The position numbers and the translations under genes were made by a program. The notes under the pieces are model-generated. The model searched no databases and was not told where the DNA came from. It worked only from the letters and a program-made list of their open reading frames with translations. From positions 9,287 to 73,286 of the forward strand of contig JBEVCD010000017.1 of assembly GCA_040514265.1 (NCBI GenBank): DNA of 64,000 nt, read 5' to 3'. This document shows positions 43,742-54,617 of the stretch, one piece after another; the stretch's first letter is position 1; each line of letters opens with the position of its first letter. This DNA comes from Archaeoglobaceae archaeon (GTDB lineage Archaea > Halobacteriota > Archaeoglobi > Archaeoglobales > Archaeoglobaceae).

Positions 43742-44452
43742 CTACTCGACGACCGTATCGAGGTTAACGTAAACAACCCTCGGGAAAGTTCCGAGCTCGG
43801 GCTTGAGGACGCTGACACGCTTTCCGTTCGTCATATCCTCTATCTCAGAAGCTCTGCCGAATACTCTGGCACCTGTGGGACACGCGAGAACGCAAGCCGG
43901 TTTGAGCCCCCTCTTTATGCGGTGGTAGCAGAAGGTGCACTTGTCCGTCACCCGCTGCTCCGGATGCACGAAGGTTGCGCCGTAGGGGCAGGCTACGATG
44001 CAGTACTTGCAGCCTATGCACGTATCCTTGTCCACGAGCACCACACCCTCTTTCGTGTAGAACCTTGCGTAAACGGGGCAGACGTTTACGCATGGAGCGT
44101 TAGCGCAGTGGTTGCAGAGCTTCGGAACGTAGAACGTCTTTTTCCCCTCACTCAACCTCCTCCACTCCCTGCTGAGGAACGGGTTTTCGTCGGTGCTCAG
44201 CACGACTTTCTCCATCCTCGGCGGCAGGTCTCTCTCGACGACGTATCCCTCTATCCACGTCCGCGAGAACTTGAAGTCCATCGGAACGTCGTTCTCGATC
44301 TTGCACGCGATGACGCAGTTCCCGCAGCCTATGCACTTGGAAACGTCGATGAGCATCGCGTAACCGTCGCTTTCGTAGCCAGCACCGGCTTTCGAGATTA
44401 CGGCTAGCGGTGTCGCGGAAGCTAGCAGTTTGAGGAAGTCGCGCCTCTTCAC
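43742..44452 (-). CDS. Tat-exported 4Fe-4S ferredoxin-like subunit (DsrO/HmeA/PsrB-like)
   Basis: It has a twin-arginine signal (MKRRDFLKLL) and several CxxCxxCxxxCP clusters (CIGCGNCVIAC, CNHCANAPCVNVCP, CIGCKYCIVACP). Confidence 0.85.
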   Translation of the reverse strand: MKRRDFLKLLASATPLAVISKAGAGYESDGYAMLIDVSKCIGCGNCVIACKIENDVPMDFKFSRTWIEGYVVERDLPPRMEKVVLSTDENPFLSREWRRLSEGKKTFYVPKLCNHCANAPCVNVCPVYARFYTKEGVVLVDKDTCIGCKYCIVACPYGATFVHPEQRVTDKCTFCYHRIKRGLKPACVLACPTGARVFGRASEIEDMTNGKRVSVLKPELGTFPRVVYVNLDTVVE

Positions 44453-45648
44453 GCTTCCACCTCCACCGGAAGCAGCTTGTAGAGCACGTAGTAAAGCAGG
44501 ACGCTGAGAGCCAGGAAGCCAGTTGTGGCTATCACCTCGAAGGGATGATAAGCAGCCTCAAGGCTCAAGCCGGTAATGAGCTTCACAAGTTGTCCCCCGA
44601 GGACGAAGTCGAACCTGCTGACGAACATTCCGATCAGCGCAAGCAGCGATGCAAAGAAGACTCCAGCTGTTTTCCTTCCGATTTGCGGCGTCGCAAGCAT
44701 TATCAGAGGCAGTAGCATGCCGATGAAGACTTCAAAGAACCAGAAGTTGAAGCCGAATACTGCGAGGAAAGCCTCGTAGCTCTCCCTAGAAAGTAGGGCG
44801 GAGTTCGGATAGGCTTTGACTATGTACCTCCACCCCGTGAAGAGGGCCGCAACAACGAGTGCGAAGCCGAGGATGAACCTCAGGGTCTGCAAAGCTTCGT
44901 ACCTCTCCCCTTCGATTTTTCTACCCCTCAGCCAGTCGGCGAGTGTTACGCCGATGACGCCTATCGAAGCACCGGAGACGATGGCTGTGAGGAGCATGTA
45001 CACCGGCGTCATCGCATCGTGCCAGAGGGGCAGGTAGTTCAGCGCGAACAGTGCACCGAGGTTGCTAGTCGATATGCAGCCGACGGACACGGCGAAAAAG
45101 CTCGCGACCCTCTCGAACTCGATCGATCCACTGACCTTCGGAACCGTTAGAATCCTCGCTATCGCCCCTCTGATGCCACCTGATTCCCTAAGCTTCGCGA
45201 GGTCCTCGTAAAAGAGGAGCCACGCCTCGACGATCAAGAACAGAAAGTAAACTGTGTAGAACATTATCATCCAGAACATCGCGCTCGAAACGTTCACGTG
45301 CCCCAGAAAGGCGTAGTGAGCTCTCGGAACCTGCTCGACGTCCATCGCTATGGCAACAAGACCGACAACGATTGTGACGATTGCCATCAGCACGAGCTCT
45401 TTAAGAATCGGTTCGAGCTTCGTGTAGCCGAGGCTACCGATCGCGGCGATGATGCAGAGTCCGGTTGTGGACACGACGAGGAATACGTAGACCGCTACGA
45501 GGCTCCGCCACGGCATACCTTCGGCGGATTCGAAGGGTTCGACGGGCATTAGCGGTTTAGTGTGCATCTGCAGAACCCCGAGTGCTCCGATGACTGTAAG
45601 GGCAACGAGAACCGTCACGGCAACGGCTTCTCTCGCCTTCAGAGACAT
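44449..45648 (-). CDS. NrfD/PsrC-family integral membrane quinone-interacting subunit (DsrP/HmeB-like)
   Basis: It is a polytopic membrane protein of about 400 aa, with a 4-nt overlap onto the Fe-S subunit gene. The start is ATG 45648 or TTG 45657. Confidence 0.75.
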   Translation of the reverse strand: MSLKAREAVAVTVLVALTVIGALGVLQMHTKPLMPVEPFESAEGMPWRSLVAVYVFLVVSTTGLCIIAAIGSLGYTKLEPILKELVLMAIVTIVVGLVAIAMDVEQVPRAHYAFLGHVNVSSAMFWMIMFYTVYFLFLIVEAWLLFYEDLAKLRESGGIRGAIARILTVPKVSGSIEFERVASFFAVSVGCISTSNLGALFALNYLPLWHDAMTPVYMLLTAIVSGASIGVIGVTLADWLRGRKIEGERYEALQTLRFILGFALVVAALFTGWRYIVKAYPNSALLSRESYEAFLAVFGFNFWFFEVFIGMLLPLIMLATPQIGRKTAGVFFASLLALIGMFVSRFDFVLGGQLVKLITGLSLEAAYHPFEVIATTGFLALSVLLYYVLYKLLPVEVEA

Positions 45649-45678
45649 CACCCCCAACGACAGCGAGCCTGAAGAAAG

Positions 45679-45744
45679 TTTTTAAATTTTTTTGAAAAGC
45701 AATGATGACCGTCACACGGGAAAAGTAAAAGTTTTAAAAAATAG
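45679..45744. promoter_or_regulatory. divergent promoter region with two TATA-like boxes
   Basis: TTTTTAAATTTTTTT (45679-45693) lies about 30-45 nt from the minus-strand operon start. GTTTTAAAAAATAG (45731-45744) lies about 16-29 nt upstream of ATG 45760. Confidence 0.45.
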
Positions 45745-45759
45745 CGAACAAACTGGCGT

Positions 45760-46563
45760 ATGCTGATAACCCAGCAGCACGACGGAGTTGAGTGTGTCAG
45801 AGTGGGAACGGAAGTTCAAGGCAGGGTTCTGCACTGGGTCTACCTTTACTACTACCGGGGTCTTATAATCGACGCCGGCTGCCCCAACGTTGCTTCTGAA
45901 GTCTTCGAACACTTCAGGGGCAGGGAAGTGAAAGCTGTCCTCATCACCCACTACCACGAGGACCACATAGGTGCCGTAAACCTGCTCAAGAGACTCGCGA
46001 AGGTATACGTGCCGCCCAAGTCGCTGGAAGTTCTCAGAAATCCGCCGGACATTCCGCAGTACCGGAAGATAGTCTGGGGTCAGCCGGAGCCAGTAGATGA
46101 TGTGGAGGTCGCGGATTATCGCATGACCTTCGGCGACGTGGAGGTCCTCAGAGTGGACACTCCCGGTCACAGCTTCGACCACGTGAGCTACCTGATCGAC
46201 GACAGACTGTTCTGCGGAGACCTCGTCGTCAGTGCCTCGCAGATGGTTTGCATGAGAGAAGAGAACCTCCTTGAGGTGATAAACTCCCTCGAGAAGGTTC
46301 TGGAGTACGACTTCAGCTTCGCCTACACGGGCGTCGGTGTGGCGAGCAGAGAGGACGTCGTCGAATACCTCGAATACCTCAGAGGTTTGAAGGCGAAGGC
46401 TGAAAAGCTATACTCAGAAGGAAAAACTGTGGAGGAGATCGTAAAAGAGCTCTTCCCGAATCCGACGGAAAAAGTCATGCTCATGGAGCTCGTGAGCGAG
46501 AAGGAGTGGGCTCGCGAAAACATGGTTCGCTCGCTGCTGGGCCTGGGATTTCAGAATGCTTAA
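45760..46563 (+). CDS. MBL-fold metallohydrolase
   Basis: It has the HxHxDH motif (THYHEDHIG) and a downstream His/Asp pattern. Confidence 0.8.
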   Translation: MLITQQHDGVECVRVGTEVQGRVLHWVYLYYYRGLIIDAGCPNVASEVFEHFRGREVKAVLITHYHEDHIGAVNLLKRLAKVYVPPKSLEVLRNPPDIPQYRKIVWGQPEPVDDVEVADYRMTFGDVEVLRVDTPGHSFDHVSYLIDDRLFCGDLVVSASQMVCMREENLLEVINSLEKVLEYDFSFAYTGVGVASREDVVEYLEYLRGLKAKAEKLYSEGKTVEEIVKELFPNPTEKVMLMELVSEKEWARENMVRSLLGLGFQNA

Positions 46564-46653
46564 AAGTTTTACACGGCTCGACTTTTAGCTACAGCAAACA
46601 AAAAATATAGGGACGTCGGCGGTCTGATGCTGGGTCACGCAGCCAGCACGTGA

Positions 46654-48894
46654 TCAAAGCTTTCTGAGTTTTTCAAGTATCAGTTTCTTCTCCGTCCTCG
46701 CCACGACCTCCCTTATCCTGTGCACAGCATCGGGGTTCGCGGAAATGCTGTCGATCCCTATTTCGACGAGCTTCTCTACGACGTCGGGGTAACTTCCAGC
46801 CTGTCCGCAGATCGACGTTTTTACGCCGTGCTCTTTGCAGATCCTTATGACCCTCTCGATGAGCTTCATGACAGCCGGGTGTCTCTCGTCGTACAGATGG
46901 GCAACGTTCTCGTTGTTCCTGTCGACGGCTAGCGTGTACTGCGTGAGGTCGTTGGTCCCAAAGCTCACGAAGTCTATCCCCTCCTTGATTATGTCTTCGA
47001 TTATCAGCGCAGCGGCTGGGGTTTCGACCATTACGCCGAACTCTATCTTGTCCAGCGGGAGTCCCTCCTCGATCGCTATCCGCCTCGCCCTCCTGACCTC
47101 TTCGGCTGATATCACGAGGGGCAGCATTATCCCGATGTTCGTGTAACCCTCGTCGACGAGCTTCTTTATAGCCCTGAACTCCGCTCTCAGGTGCTCCTCC
47201 TCGACGAGGTCCCTCCTGATGCCCCTCCAGCCAAGCATCGGGTTCGGCTCCACCGGCTCATCCTCGCCGCCCTCCATGGCTCTGAACTCGTCCGTTGGGG
47301 CGTCGAGGGTTCGTATCCATACGGGTTTCGGATAGAAGGCTTTAACGACCTTCTTCATCTCCCTGTAGAGGATCTCGACGTACCTGTCGGCTTCTCCATC
47401 TCTTATGAACTTCATCGGGTGTTTTTCGAGCCCGAGAACCATGTGTTCTATTCTGAACAGCCCGACGCCGTCGGCGTTGGTTTCTCTTGCGACCCTCTCG
47501 GCTGCGTCGGGTATGGAAAGGTTCACCTTTACCTCTGTAGCCGTTACGAGCGGAGCTGCAGCGACTGTAGCGACCTCTCTCTTCTTTTCTTCAACCCTTC
47601 CGAGGTAGACGATACCCTTCTCGCCATCGACCGTTACGATCATTCCGTCTCTAAGCTTCTTCGTCGCCTCCTTCGTCCCCACGACTGCCGGAACGCCGAG
47701 TTCCCTCGAAACTATCGCTGCGTGACACGTCATGCCGCCCTCGTCTGTCACGATGGCAGCCGCCCTCCTCATTGCCGGAACCATGTCTGGCGTTGTCATC
47801 GTTGTTACAAGGATGTCACCCGGCTCGACTTTCGACAGGTCTTCGAGACCCATTACGATCTTCACTTTTCCCGTCGCAACACCCGGAGATGCGCCGAGAC
47901 CTCTAAGGATGACTTCTCCCTCCGCAACCTCCGCCGCCTCAATCTTGCCCTTTATCGTCGTTATCGGTCTCGACTGGACGATGTACACCTTGCCCTTTTC
48001 TATCGCCCACTCGACGTCCTGCGGTTTGCCGTAGTGCTCCTCTATTATCTCCCCGTATTTTACGAGCTCCTCTATCTCCTCGTCGTTCAGGACTCTCTCC
48101 CTAGCCTTCTCCGGCGGAAGCTCGACCTTCACGGTCTTTCCGTCTTCGCGGGTGATCATGAACTTCTTCTCCGCAACGTTCACCTCGACGAGCTTCCTCT
48201 GGTTCCTGTCGTAGACGTAGGTGTCCGGCGTAACGGCTCCGCTGACTATAGCTTCGCCCAAGCCAAAGACCGCTTCGATTATGCAGAGCTTTTCCCCCGT
48301 AACTGGATGAGACGTGAACATCACGCCGCTCTTCTCGCTGTTCACCATCTTCTGAACGACGACCGCTATGCTGACATCCTCGTGCCTAAAACCCTGCTGA
48401 GCTCTGTAGTAGATAGCCCTCGGCGTGAAGAGGCTCGCCCAGCAGGCTTTTACCTTCTCGACGACGTCGTCTTCACCAATTACGTTGAGGTAAGTTTCCT
48501 GTTGCCCCGCGAAGCTTGCTTCGGGGAGGTCTTCAGCCGTAGCCGAACTTCTGACAGCTACGTAAACCTCGCCCTCTTCGCACATCTTTCTGTAAGCCTG
48601 CCTGATCTCATCTTCTATGTCCTTAGGAATCTCCGCGGACATTATCATCTCCCTTATCTTCCTCGAAACCTCGTTCAGCTCATCCGTGTTCTCTACGTTG
48701 GCGGAGTCTAAGAGAGGGTATATCTTTTCGGCGAGACCCGTCCGCTTGATGAAGTCTCTGAAAGTTCTGGCATCGACGACGAAGCCTTCCGGAACCGGCA
48801 GACCTATTCTGAGCATCTCTCCCAAGTTGGCAGCCTTTCCGCCGACAATTGGGACGTCGTCTTTGTCCACCTCTTCAAGCCACAGGACCGGCAA
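46654..48894 (-). CDS. ppsA: phosphoenolpyruvate synthase
   Basis: 746 aa with an ATP-grasp N-terminus (VGGKAANLGEM), a phospho-His swivel domain (GGMTCHAAIVSRELG) and a PEP-utilising C-terminal domain. Confidence 0.95.
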   Translation of the reverse strand: MPVLWLEEVDKDDVPIVGGKAANLGEMLRIGLPVPEGFVVDARTFRDFIKRTGLAEKIYPLLDSANVENTDELNEVSRKIREMIMSAEIPKDIEDEIRQAYRKMCEEGEVYVAVRSSATAEDLPEASFAGQQETYLNVIGEDDVVEKVKACWASLFTPRAIYYRAQQGFRHEDVSIAVVVQKMVNSEKSGVMFTSHPVTGEKLCIIEAVFGLGEAIVSGAVTPDTYVYDRNQRKLVEVNVAEKKFMITREDGKTVKVELPPEKARERVLNDEEIEELVKYGEIIEEHYGKPQDVEWAIEKGKVYIVQSRPITTIKGKIEAAEVAEGEVILRGLGASPGVATGKVKIVMGLEDLSKVEPGDILVTTMTTPDMVPAMRRAAAIVTDEGGMTCHAAIVSRELGVPAVVGTKEATKKLRDGMIVTVDGEKGIVYLGRVEEKKREVATVAAAPLVTATEVKVNLSIPDAAERVARETNADGVGLFRIEHMVLGLEKHPMKFIRDGEADRYVEILYREMKKVVKAFYPKPVWIRTLDAPTDEFRAMEGGEDEPVEPNPMLGWRGIRRDLVEEEHLRAEFRAIKKLVDEGYTNIGIMLPLVISAEEVRRARRIAIEEGLPLDKIEFGVMVETPAAALIIEDIIKEGIDFVSFGTNDLTQYTLAVDRNNENVAHLYDERHPAVMKLIERVIRICKEHGVKTSICGQAGSYPDVVEKLVEIGIDSISANPDAVHRIREVVARTEKKLILEKLRKL

Positions 48895-48927
48895 GCTACC
48901 ACCTCCTATACGCGTCGGTCGAAAAAA

Positions 48928-50292
48928 TTAAAAGGTTACTATTCCGCCAAGATACAGGAAGTAGACGGCAAATACGGCAGCGAGAATCCAGAGCAGCGGG
49001 TGCACTTCTCTGGCTCTGCCCGCAAACAGTTTAAGGGCGCAGTAGCTTATGAATCCCACGCCGATACCGTCGGCTATGCTATAGGTGAAGGGTATCGTTG
49101 CGATGACGAAGAAAGCTGGCAGAGCTTCTGTCACGTCGTCAAACTCGATGTTTCTTATTACGCTCATCATCAGGAAGCCGACGAGTATCAGCGCCGGAGC
49201 AGTTGCGCAGCTCGGGATTATCTCGGCTATCGGCGAGACGAAGAGCCCCACGATTAAGAAGAGAGCTCCGACGACGAGTGCAACCATGCCTGTTCTGCCG
49301 CCCTCCTCTATACCGGCTGCGGACTCGATGTAAGTGGTGACGGTCGAGGTTCCAAGGATCGCTCCAACAGTGGTCCCGAAGGCGTCGGTGAGCAGTATCT
49401 TTTCGGAGTCCGGTATTCTACCCTCTTCGTCTATAAAACCCGCCTTCGCACTCAGTCCGGTTACCGTTCCGAGGGTGTCGAAGAAGTCGACCATGAAGAA
49501 CGCGAAGATCACTCCGATTGCCCCGACGTTTATCAATCCGACGAAGTCGAGCTGTAGGAACGTGTGCTCCAGCACGGGAAGCGAGACGAGCTTTTCTGGC
49601 TTGGGCGCTATGCCGATCGCTACAGCCAGCACCGTGGTGACGATAATGGATATCAGCAGAGCACCGGGTATTCTCCGAACCATCAGAGCTGCTGCTATCA
49701 AAACCCCTAGAAGAGCCAGCCAGAAGTCGGGTTTCGTGAAGAAGGCTGTGTTTAGGGTTGGAAGCCAGTCTGCTGGGTTCAGAAGTCCCGGAACACTCGC
49801 TTCGGGGTTCGTCACGCTTGCCGTTACGAAGCCGGCACTCTTCAGACCTATGAGTGTCAGAAATAGTCCGATGCCCGCTCCTATAGCGTACTTCTGCGAG
49901 TTTGGAATGGCGTTGATGACGGCTGTCCTCACCTTGGTGACGCTCAGGATTATAAATATGATTCCCTCAACGAACACTGCCGCCAGGGCTACGCGCCAGT
50001 CGTATCCCATGCCGAGGCAGACGCCGTAGGTGAAGTAGGCGTTCAGCCCCATTCCCGGCGCGAGGGCGAAAGGTTTCTTCGCGTAGAGCCCCATTATTAT
50101 CGTCGCTATACCAGCTGACAACGCCGTAGCCGTAACCAGAGACGGTATCGCCTCCTTCCCTATCGCGTCGCTCAGAATCGCTGGGTTTACGAAGATTATG
50201 TACGCCATAGTCATGAACGTCGTCAGCCCAGCTAGAAATTCCCTCCGCAGATCCGTGCCGTACTTCTCGAACTCGAAGTAGGATGCGAACAT
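48928..50292 (-). CDS. NCS2-family purine permease (AzgA-like adenine/guanine/hypoxanthine transporter)
   Basis: The N-terminus FEFEKYGTDLRREFLAGLTTFMTMAYIIFVNP is characteristic of COG2252 permeases. The start at M12 lies downstream of the TATA-like ATATATAG. Confidence 0.85.
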   Translation of the reverse strand: MFASYFEFEKYGTDLRREFLAGLTTFMTMAYIIFVNPAILSDAIGKEAIPSLVTATALSAGIATIIMGLYAKKPFALAPGMGLNAYFTYGVCLGMGYDWRVALAAVFVEGIIFIILSVTKVRTAVINAIPNSQKYAIGAGIGLFLTLIGLKSAGFVTASVTNPEASVPGLLNPADWLPTLNTAFFTKPDFWLALLGVLIAAALMVRRIPGALLISIIVTTVLAVAIGIAPKPEKLVSLPVLEHTFLQLDFVGLINVGAIGVIFAFFMVDFFDTLGTVTGLSAKAGFIDEEGRIPDSEKILLTDAFGTTVGAILGTSTVTTYIESAAGIEEGGRTGMVALVVGALFLIVGLFVSPIAEIIPSCATAPALILVGFLMMSVIRNIEFDDVTEALPAFFVIATIPFTYSIADGIGVGFISYCALKLFAGRAREVHPLLWILAAVFAVYFLYLGGIVTF

Positions 50293-50454
50293 AGCGGCAC
50301 GAAACTTGTAAACTATATATGTCATTCGATGAAAGTTCCTTGGACTGTGCCAAATAATTGAGCACTCAAAATGAAACTTCTCGGGCTGTAATGCATATTG
50401 AAGGGTCGCCAGGATACTTTCGGAGATTCATCTCACCGGAGCATTTAAGAAAAA

Positions 50455-50465
50455 GATTTTTAAGT
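50455..50465 (+). promoter_or_regulatory. TATA-like box for tRNA-Lys
   Basis: GATTTTTAAGT is centred about 27 nt upstream of tRNA position 1. Confidence 0.45.
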
Positions 50466-50487
50466 CCACTCCGGATTAATCCTCTGA

Positions 50488-50561
50488 GGGCTCGTAGCTC
50501 AGCCAGGTAGAGCGACGGGCTTTTAACCCGTCGGTCGCGGGTTCAAATCCCGTCGAGCCCG
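50488..50561 (+). tRNA. tRNA-Lys (anticodon UUU), no encoded CCA
   Basis: It folds by hand into a cloverleaf. The acceptor stem is GGGCTCG/CGAGCCC and the D stem is GCTC/GAGC. The anticodon stem ACGGG/CCCGT carries the loop CTTTTAA. The T arm is GCGGG-TTCAAAT-CCCGT and the discriminator base is G. Confidence 0.9.
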
Positions 50562-50566
50562 CTTCC

Positions 50567-53137
50567 TTAAATTTCGACGAAAACCACGCTGTTGTCGGTC
50601 TTAACGATCTCCACTTTCCTCCCGGCTATGCTCATCTCGACGACGAAGTCGAACCACTCCGCCTTAAGCTCCAGGTTCTCGCCGTTTACGCTAACCGTCA
50701 GCGACCCGCTCTCGTAAAATTTTCGGAGCTCGTCGTTTCCGAGCTCGGAAACGATCTTAACTATCTCTTTCGCCTTCTCCCTGAACATCGGTCCCACGAT
50801 CGCGAACTTCGGCTTCGCCGCCACCACCTTAACCTCGACGTGCGGCTCCTCTTTAACGAGTTCGACCTCGGCGTTGGTAGCTCCGGCTATGTCCCTCACG
50901 TCGAAGTCGAGTTTGGAGTAAACGACCACCTTACCCAGCGGCGCGTTGAGAGCCAAACCCCTGTCGTGCTTCAACTTCCTTATCTCGGCGACTATCTTCT
51001 TTATCTCCTCTCCCTTAAGCTCGGCTTCCTCGCTTATCAGACTCTCCTCGACCTCCGGATACCGCTGCAAGTGCACGCTCCCCTCGTTGAGCTGATTCCA
51101 GCACTCTTCGGCGAGGAAAGGTGTGAATGGAGCCAGCATCTTCGTCAGCGCTTCGTGGACGTATCTGAGCGCGTATCTCGCTCCCCTCTTCTCCTCCTCG
51201 GTTCCGGAGTATAGTCTGTTCTTAACGAGTTCGATGTAGTTGTCCGCGAACTCGTACCAGGCGAAGCTCCTTATAGCTTTGATAGCCTCGTCGAACCTGT
51301 AGTTCTCCATGTGCTTTCTGACTTCGGCGATCAGTCTGTTCAGTTTCGACAGTATCCAGCGGTCAGCGTCTCTCAGATAGGCTCTGTCCTCCTCGTTCAC
51401 GTTCTTCGCGTGCATCGCGACGAAGTTCGTTATGCTCCAGAACTTCTGCTGAAACCTCGAAGCCGCTATGACTTCTCTCCAGCTGAAGATGACGTCTTCG
51501 CCTATCACGCCGCTCGCCGCCCAGAGACGGAGCGCGTCGGCTCCGTACTTCTCTATTACATCCTCCGGCAGTATGACGTTGCCCAGACTCTTGCTCATCT
51601 TCCTGCCGTCTTCGCCGAAGACCATCCCGTTTATCACGATCTCGTGCCACGGTATCTCGTTCACGAGGGCTATAGAGCGGAGTATCGTGTAGAAAGCCCA
51701 CGTGCGGATTATGTCGTGCCCCTGCGGGCGGAGGTGCGTTGGATACTCTCTGAGCGACGGCCAGCCGCATATTACGAGTGGCGTTATGCTTGAGTCCATC
51801 CAGGTGTCGAGGACGTCCTCCTCCCCTTTAAACTCGGTCGATCCGCACTTCGGACAGGGCTCGGGCGGGTCTTGCTGCGTGGGATCGACGGGCAGCCACT
51901 CCTCCTTCGCGACTATCGTTTCCCCGCAGTTCTTGCAGTACCAAACCGGTATCGGCGTGGCGAATATGCGCTGCCTGCTTATAACCCAGTCCCACTCCAT
52001 CGACTCCACCCAGCTTTCGAGCCTCGCGAGCATGTGCTCGGGAACCCACTTTATCCTGCGAGCCGCTTCGAGAACCTTCTCCTTGTCCACCCTCACGAAC
52101 CACTGCTCCTCGGGAACTATCTCCACCGGCGTTTTACAGCGCCAGCAGACGCCGACGTTGTGCTCGACCTCTTCCTGCTTCAGAAGTTTGCCCTCGGCAG
52201 CTAAATCTTCCAGAATCTTCTCCCTCGCCTCCCTTATCGTCAGCCCCGCGTACTTTCCAGCCTTCTCGTTCAGCGTGCCATCCCTGTTGACTATGTCTAC
52301 GAGCTCAAGCTTGTGCTTCTTCCACCACCTGACGTCCTGCCTGTCGCCGAACGTGCAGATCATGACTATGCCCGTGCCGTAACCCGGATCGACCTCTTCG
52401 TCAGCCAGTATCTCCACCTCGCGATCGGTCGTCGGAACTCTGACCTTCCTGCCTACCAGATGCTTGTAGCGTTCGTCTTCGGGGTGAACAGCCAAGGCGA
52501 CGCAAGCCGGGATTAGCTCGGGTCTCGTGGTCGCTATTACGACGTCCTCGTCGAACTTTATGTAGTTCAGCTTTGTCTTCTCCTTCCGGTACTCTATCTC
52601 CGCGAGGGCTATCGTCGTCTCGCACCTCGGGCAGAGGATGACCGGATGATAGCCGCGGTAAATCCAGCCATCCCTGTACATCCTTACGAAGCTCAGCTGC
52701 GTCTTCGAGTAGTACTCGGGATACATCGTGATGTACTCCTTGCTCCAGTCTATGCTGAAGCCCAAACGCCTCGCAGTCCTGCGCATCGCCTCTATGTTTT
52801 TCACCGTGAACTCGACGCAGAGTCGTCTGAACTCCTCGCGGGGGACGTCCTTCTTCCTTATACCGTAGGTCTCCTCAACCTTGACCTCCGTCGGCAGCCC
52901 GTGGCAGTCCCAGCCTTGGGGAAACATGACTTCGTAGCCGTTCATCCTCTTGTATCTCGCTATGAAGTCGATTATGCACCAGTTGAGGGCGTGTCCGAGG
53001 TGGAAGGACCCGGTAGGATACGGAGGGGGAGTGTCGATTATGTAGTGCGGCTTCTTCGAGTTCCAGTCGAAGTAGTACATCTCATCGCTCCAGAGCTTCA
53101 GCCACTTCTCCTCGACGGCTTTAGCGTCGTACCTCAC
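50567..53137 (-). CDS. valS: valyl-tRNA synthetase
   Basis: It is a class I synthetase with a HIGH-type motif ([12 protein letters not shown]) and KMSKS. The editing domain and length (856 aa) fit archaeal ValRS. The GTG start is preceded by GAGGTGGT. Confidence 0.9.
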   Translation of the reverse strand: MRYDAKAVEEKWLKLWSDEMYYFDWNSKKPHYIIDTPPPYPTGSFHLGHALNWCIIDFIARYKRMNGYEVMFPQGWDCHGLPTEVKVEETYGIRKKDVPREEFRRLCVEFTVKNIEAMRRTARRLGFSIDWSKEYITMYPEYYSKTQLSFVRMYRDGWIYRGYHPVILCPRCETTIALAEIEYRKEKTKLNYIKFDEDVVIATTRPELIPACVALAVHPEDERYKHLVGRKVRVPTTDREVEILADEEVDPGYGTGIVMICTFGDRQDVRWWKKHKLELVDIVNRDGTLNEKAGKYAGLTIREAREKILEDLAAEGKLLKQEEVEHNVGVCWRCKTPVEIVPEEQWFVRVDKEKVLEAARRIKWVPEHMLARLESWVESMEWDWVISRQRIFATPIPVWYCKNCGETIVAKEEWLPVDPTQQDPPEPCPKCGSTEFKGEEDVLDTWMDSSITPLVICGWPSLREYPTHLRPQGHDIIRTWAFYTILRSIALVNEIPWHEIVINGMVFGEDGRKMSKSLGNVILPEDVIEKYGADALRLWAASGVIGEDVIFSWREVIAASRFQQKFWSITNFVAMHAKNVNEEDRAYLRDADRWILSKLNRLIAEVRKHMENYRFDEAIKAIRSFAWYEFADNYIELVKNRLYSGTEEEKRGARYALRYVHEALTKMLAPFTPFLAEECWNQLNEGSVHLQRYPEVEESLISEEAELKGEEIKKIVAEIRKLKHDRGLALNAPLGKVVVYSKLDFDVRDIAGATNAEVELVKEEPHVEVKVVAAKPKFAIVGPMFREKAKEIVKIVSELGNDELRKFYESGSLTVSVNGENLELKAEWFDFVVEMSIAGRKVEIVKTDNSVVFVEI

Positions 53138-53138
53138 G

Positions 53139-54548
53139 CTACCACCTCGCCGGCATGTTCCGTAACCAGCCTATGTCGGGCAGATAAAGCCTCCTGAGAT
53201 CCTTCAATCCGAGCTTCAGCATCGCAAGCCTCCCTATTCCCAGCCCCCACGCGAGGACCTTTCCCCTTATCCCGAGGGGTTCCGTCACCTCCTTCCTGAA
53301 AACTCCCGCACCGCCGAGCTCTATCCAGCCGAGCCCCTCGACGTAGACTTCCGGCTCAACACTGGGCTCCGTGTACGGGAAATATCCTGGGCGGAAGCGA
53401 ACGTCCTCGAAGCCCATCTTCTCGAAGAACTCCTTGAGCAGCCCGAGGAGGTGCCTGAAACCGACGTTCTCGTCGAGCACGACACCTTCGAGCTGATCGA
53501 ACTCCGGGAGGTGTGTGGCGTCTATAGCTTCCCTTCTGTAAACGCGGTCGATGCAGAAAGCCTTCTGAGGTGGGTTCGGATTTTCAGCGAGGTAGCGTAT
53601 CGTTATAGCCGTTGTGTGCGTTCGGAGCACGAGCTGCTGGGCTTTCCTGAGATCCCACCTACCGCCCCAGCCCGTGCTGCCCGTGATCCAGCCGTTCTCG
53701 TGCGTTAGCTTAACCCTCTCGACCACTTCGCCCCCAAGCTCCACGTAGCGGTCCAAGTAAAACGTGTCCTGCATGTCTCTGGCTGGGTGATCCTGAGGCT
53801 GAAACAGGGCGTCGAAGTTCCAGAAAGCCGGCTGGACGTAGTGACCCTTTATCTCCTTAAATCCCATTTCGAGGAATATCTTCCTGCACTCGTTTATTAT
53901 GCGCTCGTAGGGATGAATTTTACCTCCGAAAACCTCTCTCGCCGGTACACTGACGTCGTAGGGCACGAACCTGACGTTCCTCCAGCTGCCGCTTATGAGC
54001 ATTTCTGGAGTGAGGTCCGTCACCGCCTCCTCTACCTCCGGCTTCGCGACGACTTCGACGACGTAGTCCTTTACTTCCTCTATCTCCACGAGTTTTCTCC
54101 TCCTCAGCACGTCGAGAATTTTTCCGTCTACCTCTCTGCCCTCCTTCACAGCCCTCAGCGCCTCTCTCTCCGGAAACTCGGGTTTTGAAACCAGTATTAC
54201 CCTCCCGTTCTTAACCTCGACAGCCCCCTTCCTGCGGAGCCATCCGAGGGCTATCTGAAACTCTTCGCCCATAGCTCTTCTAAGGGCCTCTATACTGTTC
54301 TCGCGTTCGAGCAGCTTCAGTAACCTCTCTTCCGGGAGACCCTCGCGGAGGTACCTTTCGCCCTCTTCAGTTAGCCTGACGATTTTCCTCGTAACCTCGT
54401 GCAGCCTCACGTAGCCCTTTTGCTGCAGGAGCATCGCAGCCTTCATAGCTGCGTCGACGCTCAAGCCGGTTATCCTCGCAGCCTCGTCGAGCGGATATCT
54501 GGAAACGCTTAGCGGCTTGATGAACCTGACCTCGAGGGGTGAAAGCAT
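53139..54548 (-). CDS. pheS: phenylalanyl-tRNA synthetase alpha subunit
   Basis: It has class II motifs, including [14 protein letters not shown] and GAGVFR, at 469 aa as in the archaeal/eukaryal type. Confidence 0.9.
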   Translation of the reverse strand: MLSPLEVRFIKPLSVSRYPLDEAARITGLSVDAAMKAAMLLQQKGYVRLHEVTRKIVRLTEEGERYLREGLPEERLLKLLERENSIEALRRAMGEEFQIALGWLRRKGAVEVKNGRVILVSKPEFPEREALRAVKEGREVDGKILDVLRRRKLVEIEEVKDYVVEVVAKPEVEEAVTDLTPEMLISGSWRNVRFVPYDVSVPAREVFGGKIHPYERIINECRKIFLEMGFKEIKGHYVQPAFWNFDALFQPQDHPARDMQDTFYLDRYVELGGEVVERVKLTHENGWITGSTGWGGRWDLRKAQQLVLRTHTTAITIRYLAENPNPPQKAFCIDRVYRREAIDATHLPEFDQLEGVVLDENVGFRHLLGLLKEFFEKMGFEDVRFRPGYFPYTEPSVEPEVYVEGLGWIELGGAGVFRKEVTEPLGIRGKVLAWGLGIGRLAMLKLGLKDLRRLYLPDIGWLRNMPARW

Positions 54549-54617
54549 AGAGTTCTGCCGGGGAAACGTTTTTAAAATGTTCCCCGACGAAAAATAACGA
54601 TTAATTCTGGTGTCGGT

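Noticed and set aside
47191-48711. 506-aa ORF on the plus strand inside ppsA
   Set aside because: It lies antisense to a strongly conserved PEP synthase gene. The translation is Arg/Leu/His-rich with no motifs. Long antisense ORFs are expected from the codon bias seen here.
50326-50566. tRNA-Lys as a possible integration hotspot or genomic-island border
   Set aside because: There is no integrase, no direct repeat of the tRNA 3' end, and no compositional shift visible on either side. The flanking genes are housekeeping (a purine permease and valS).
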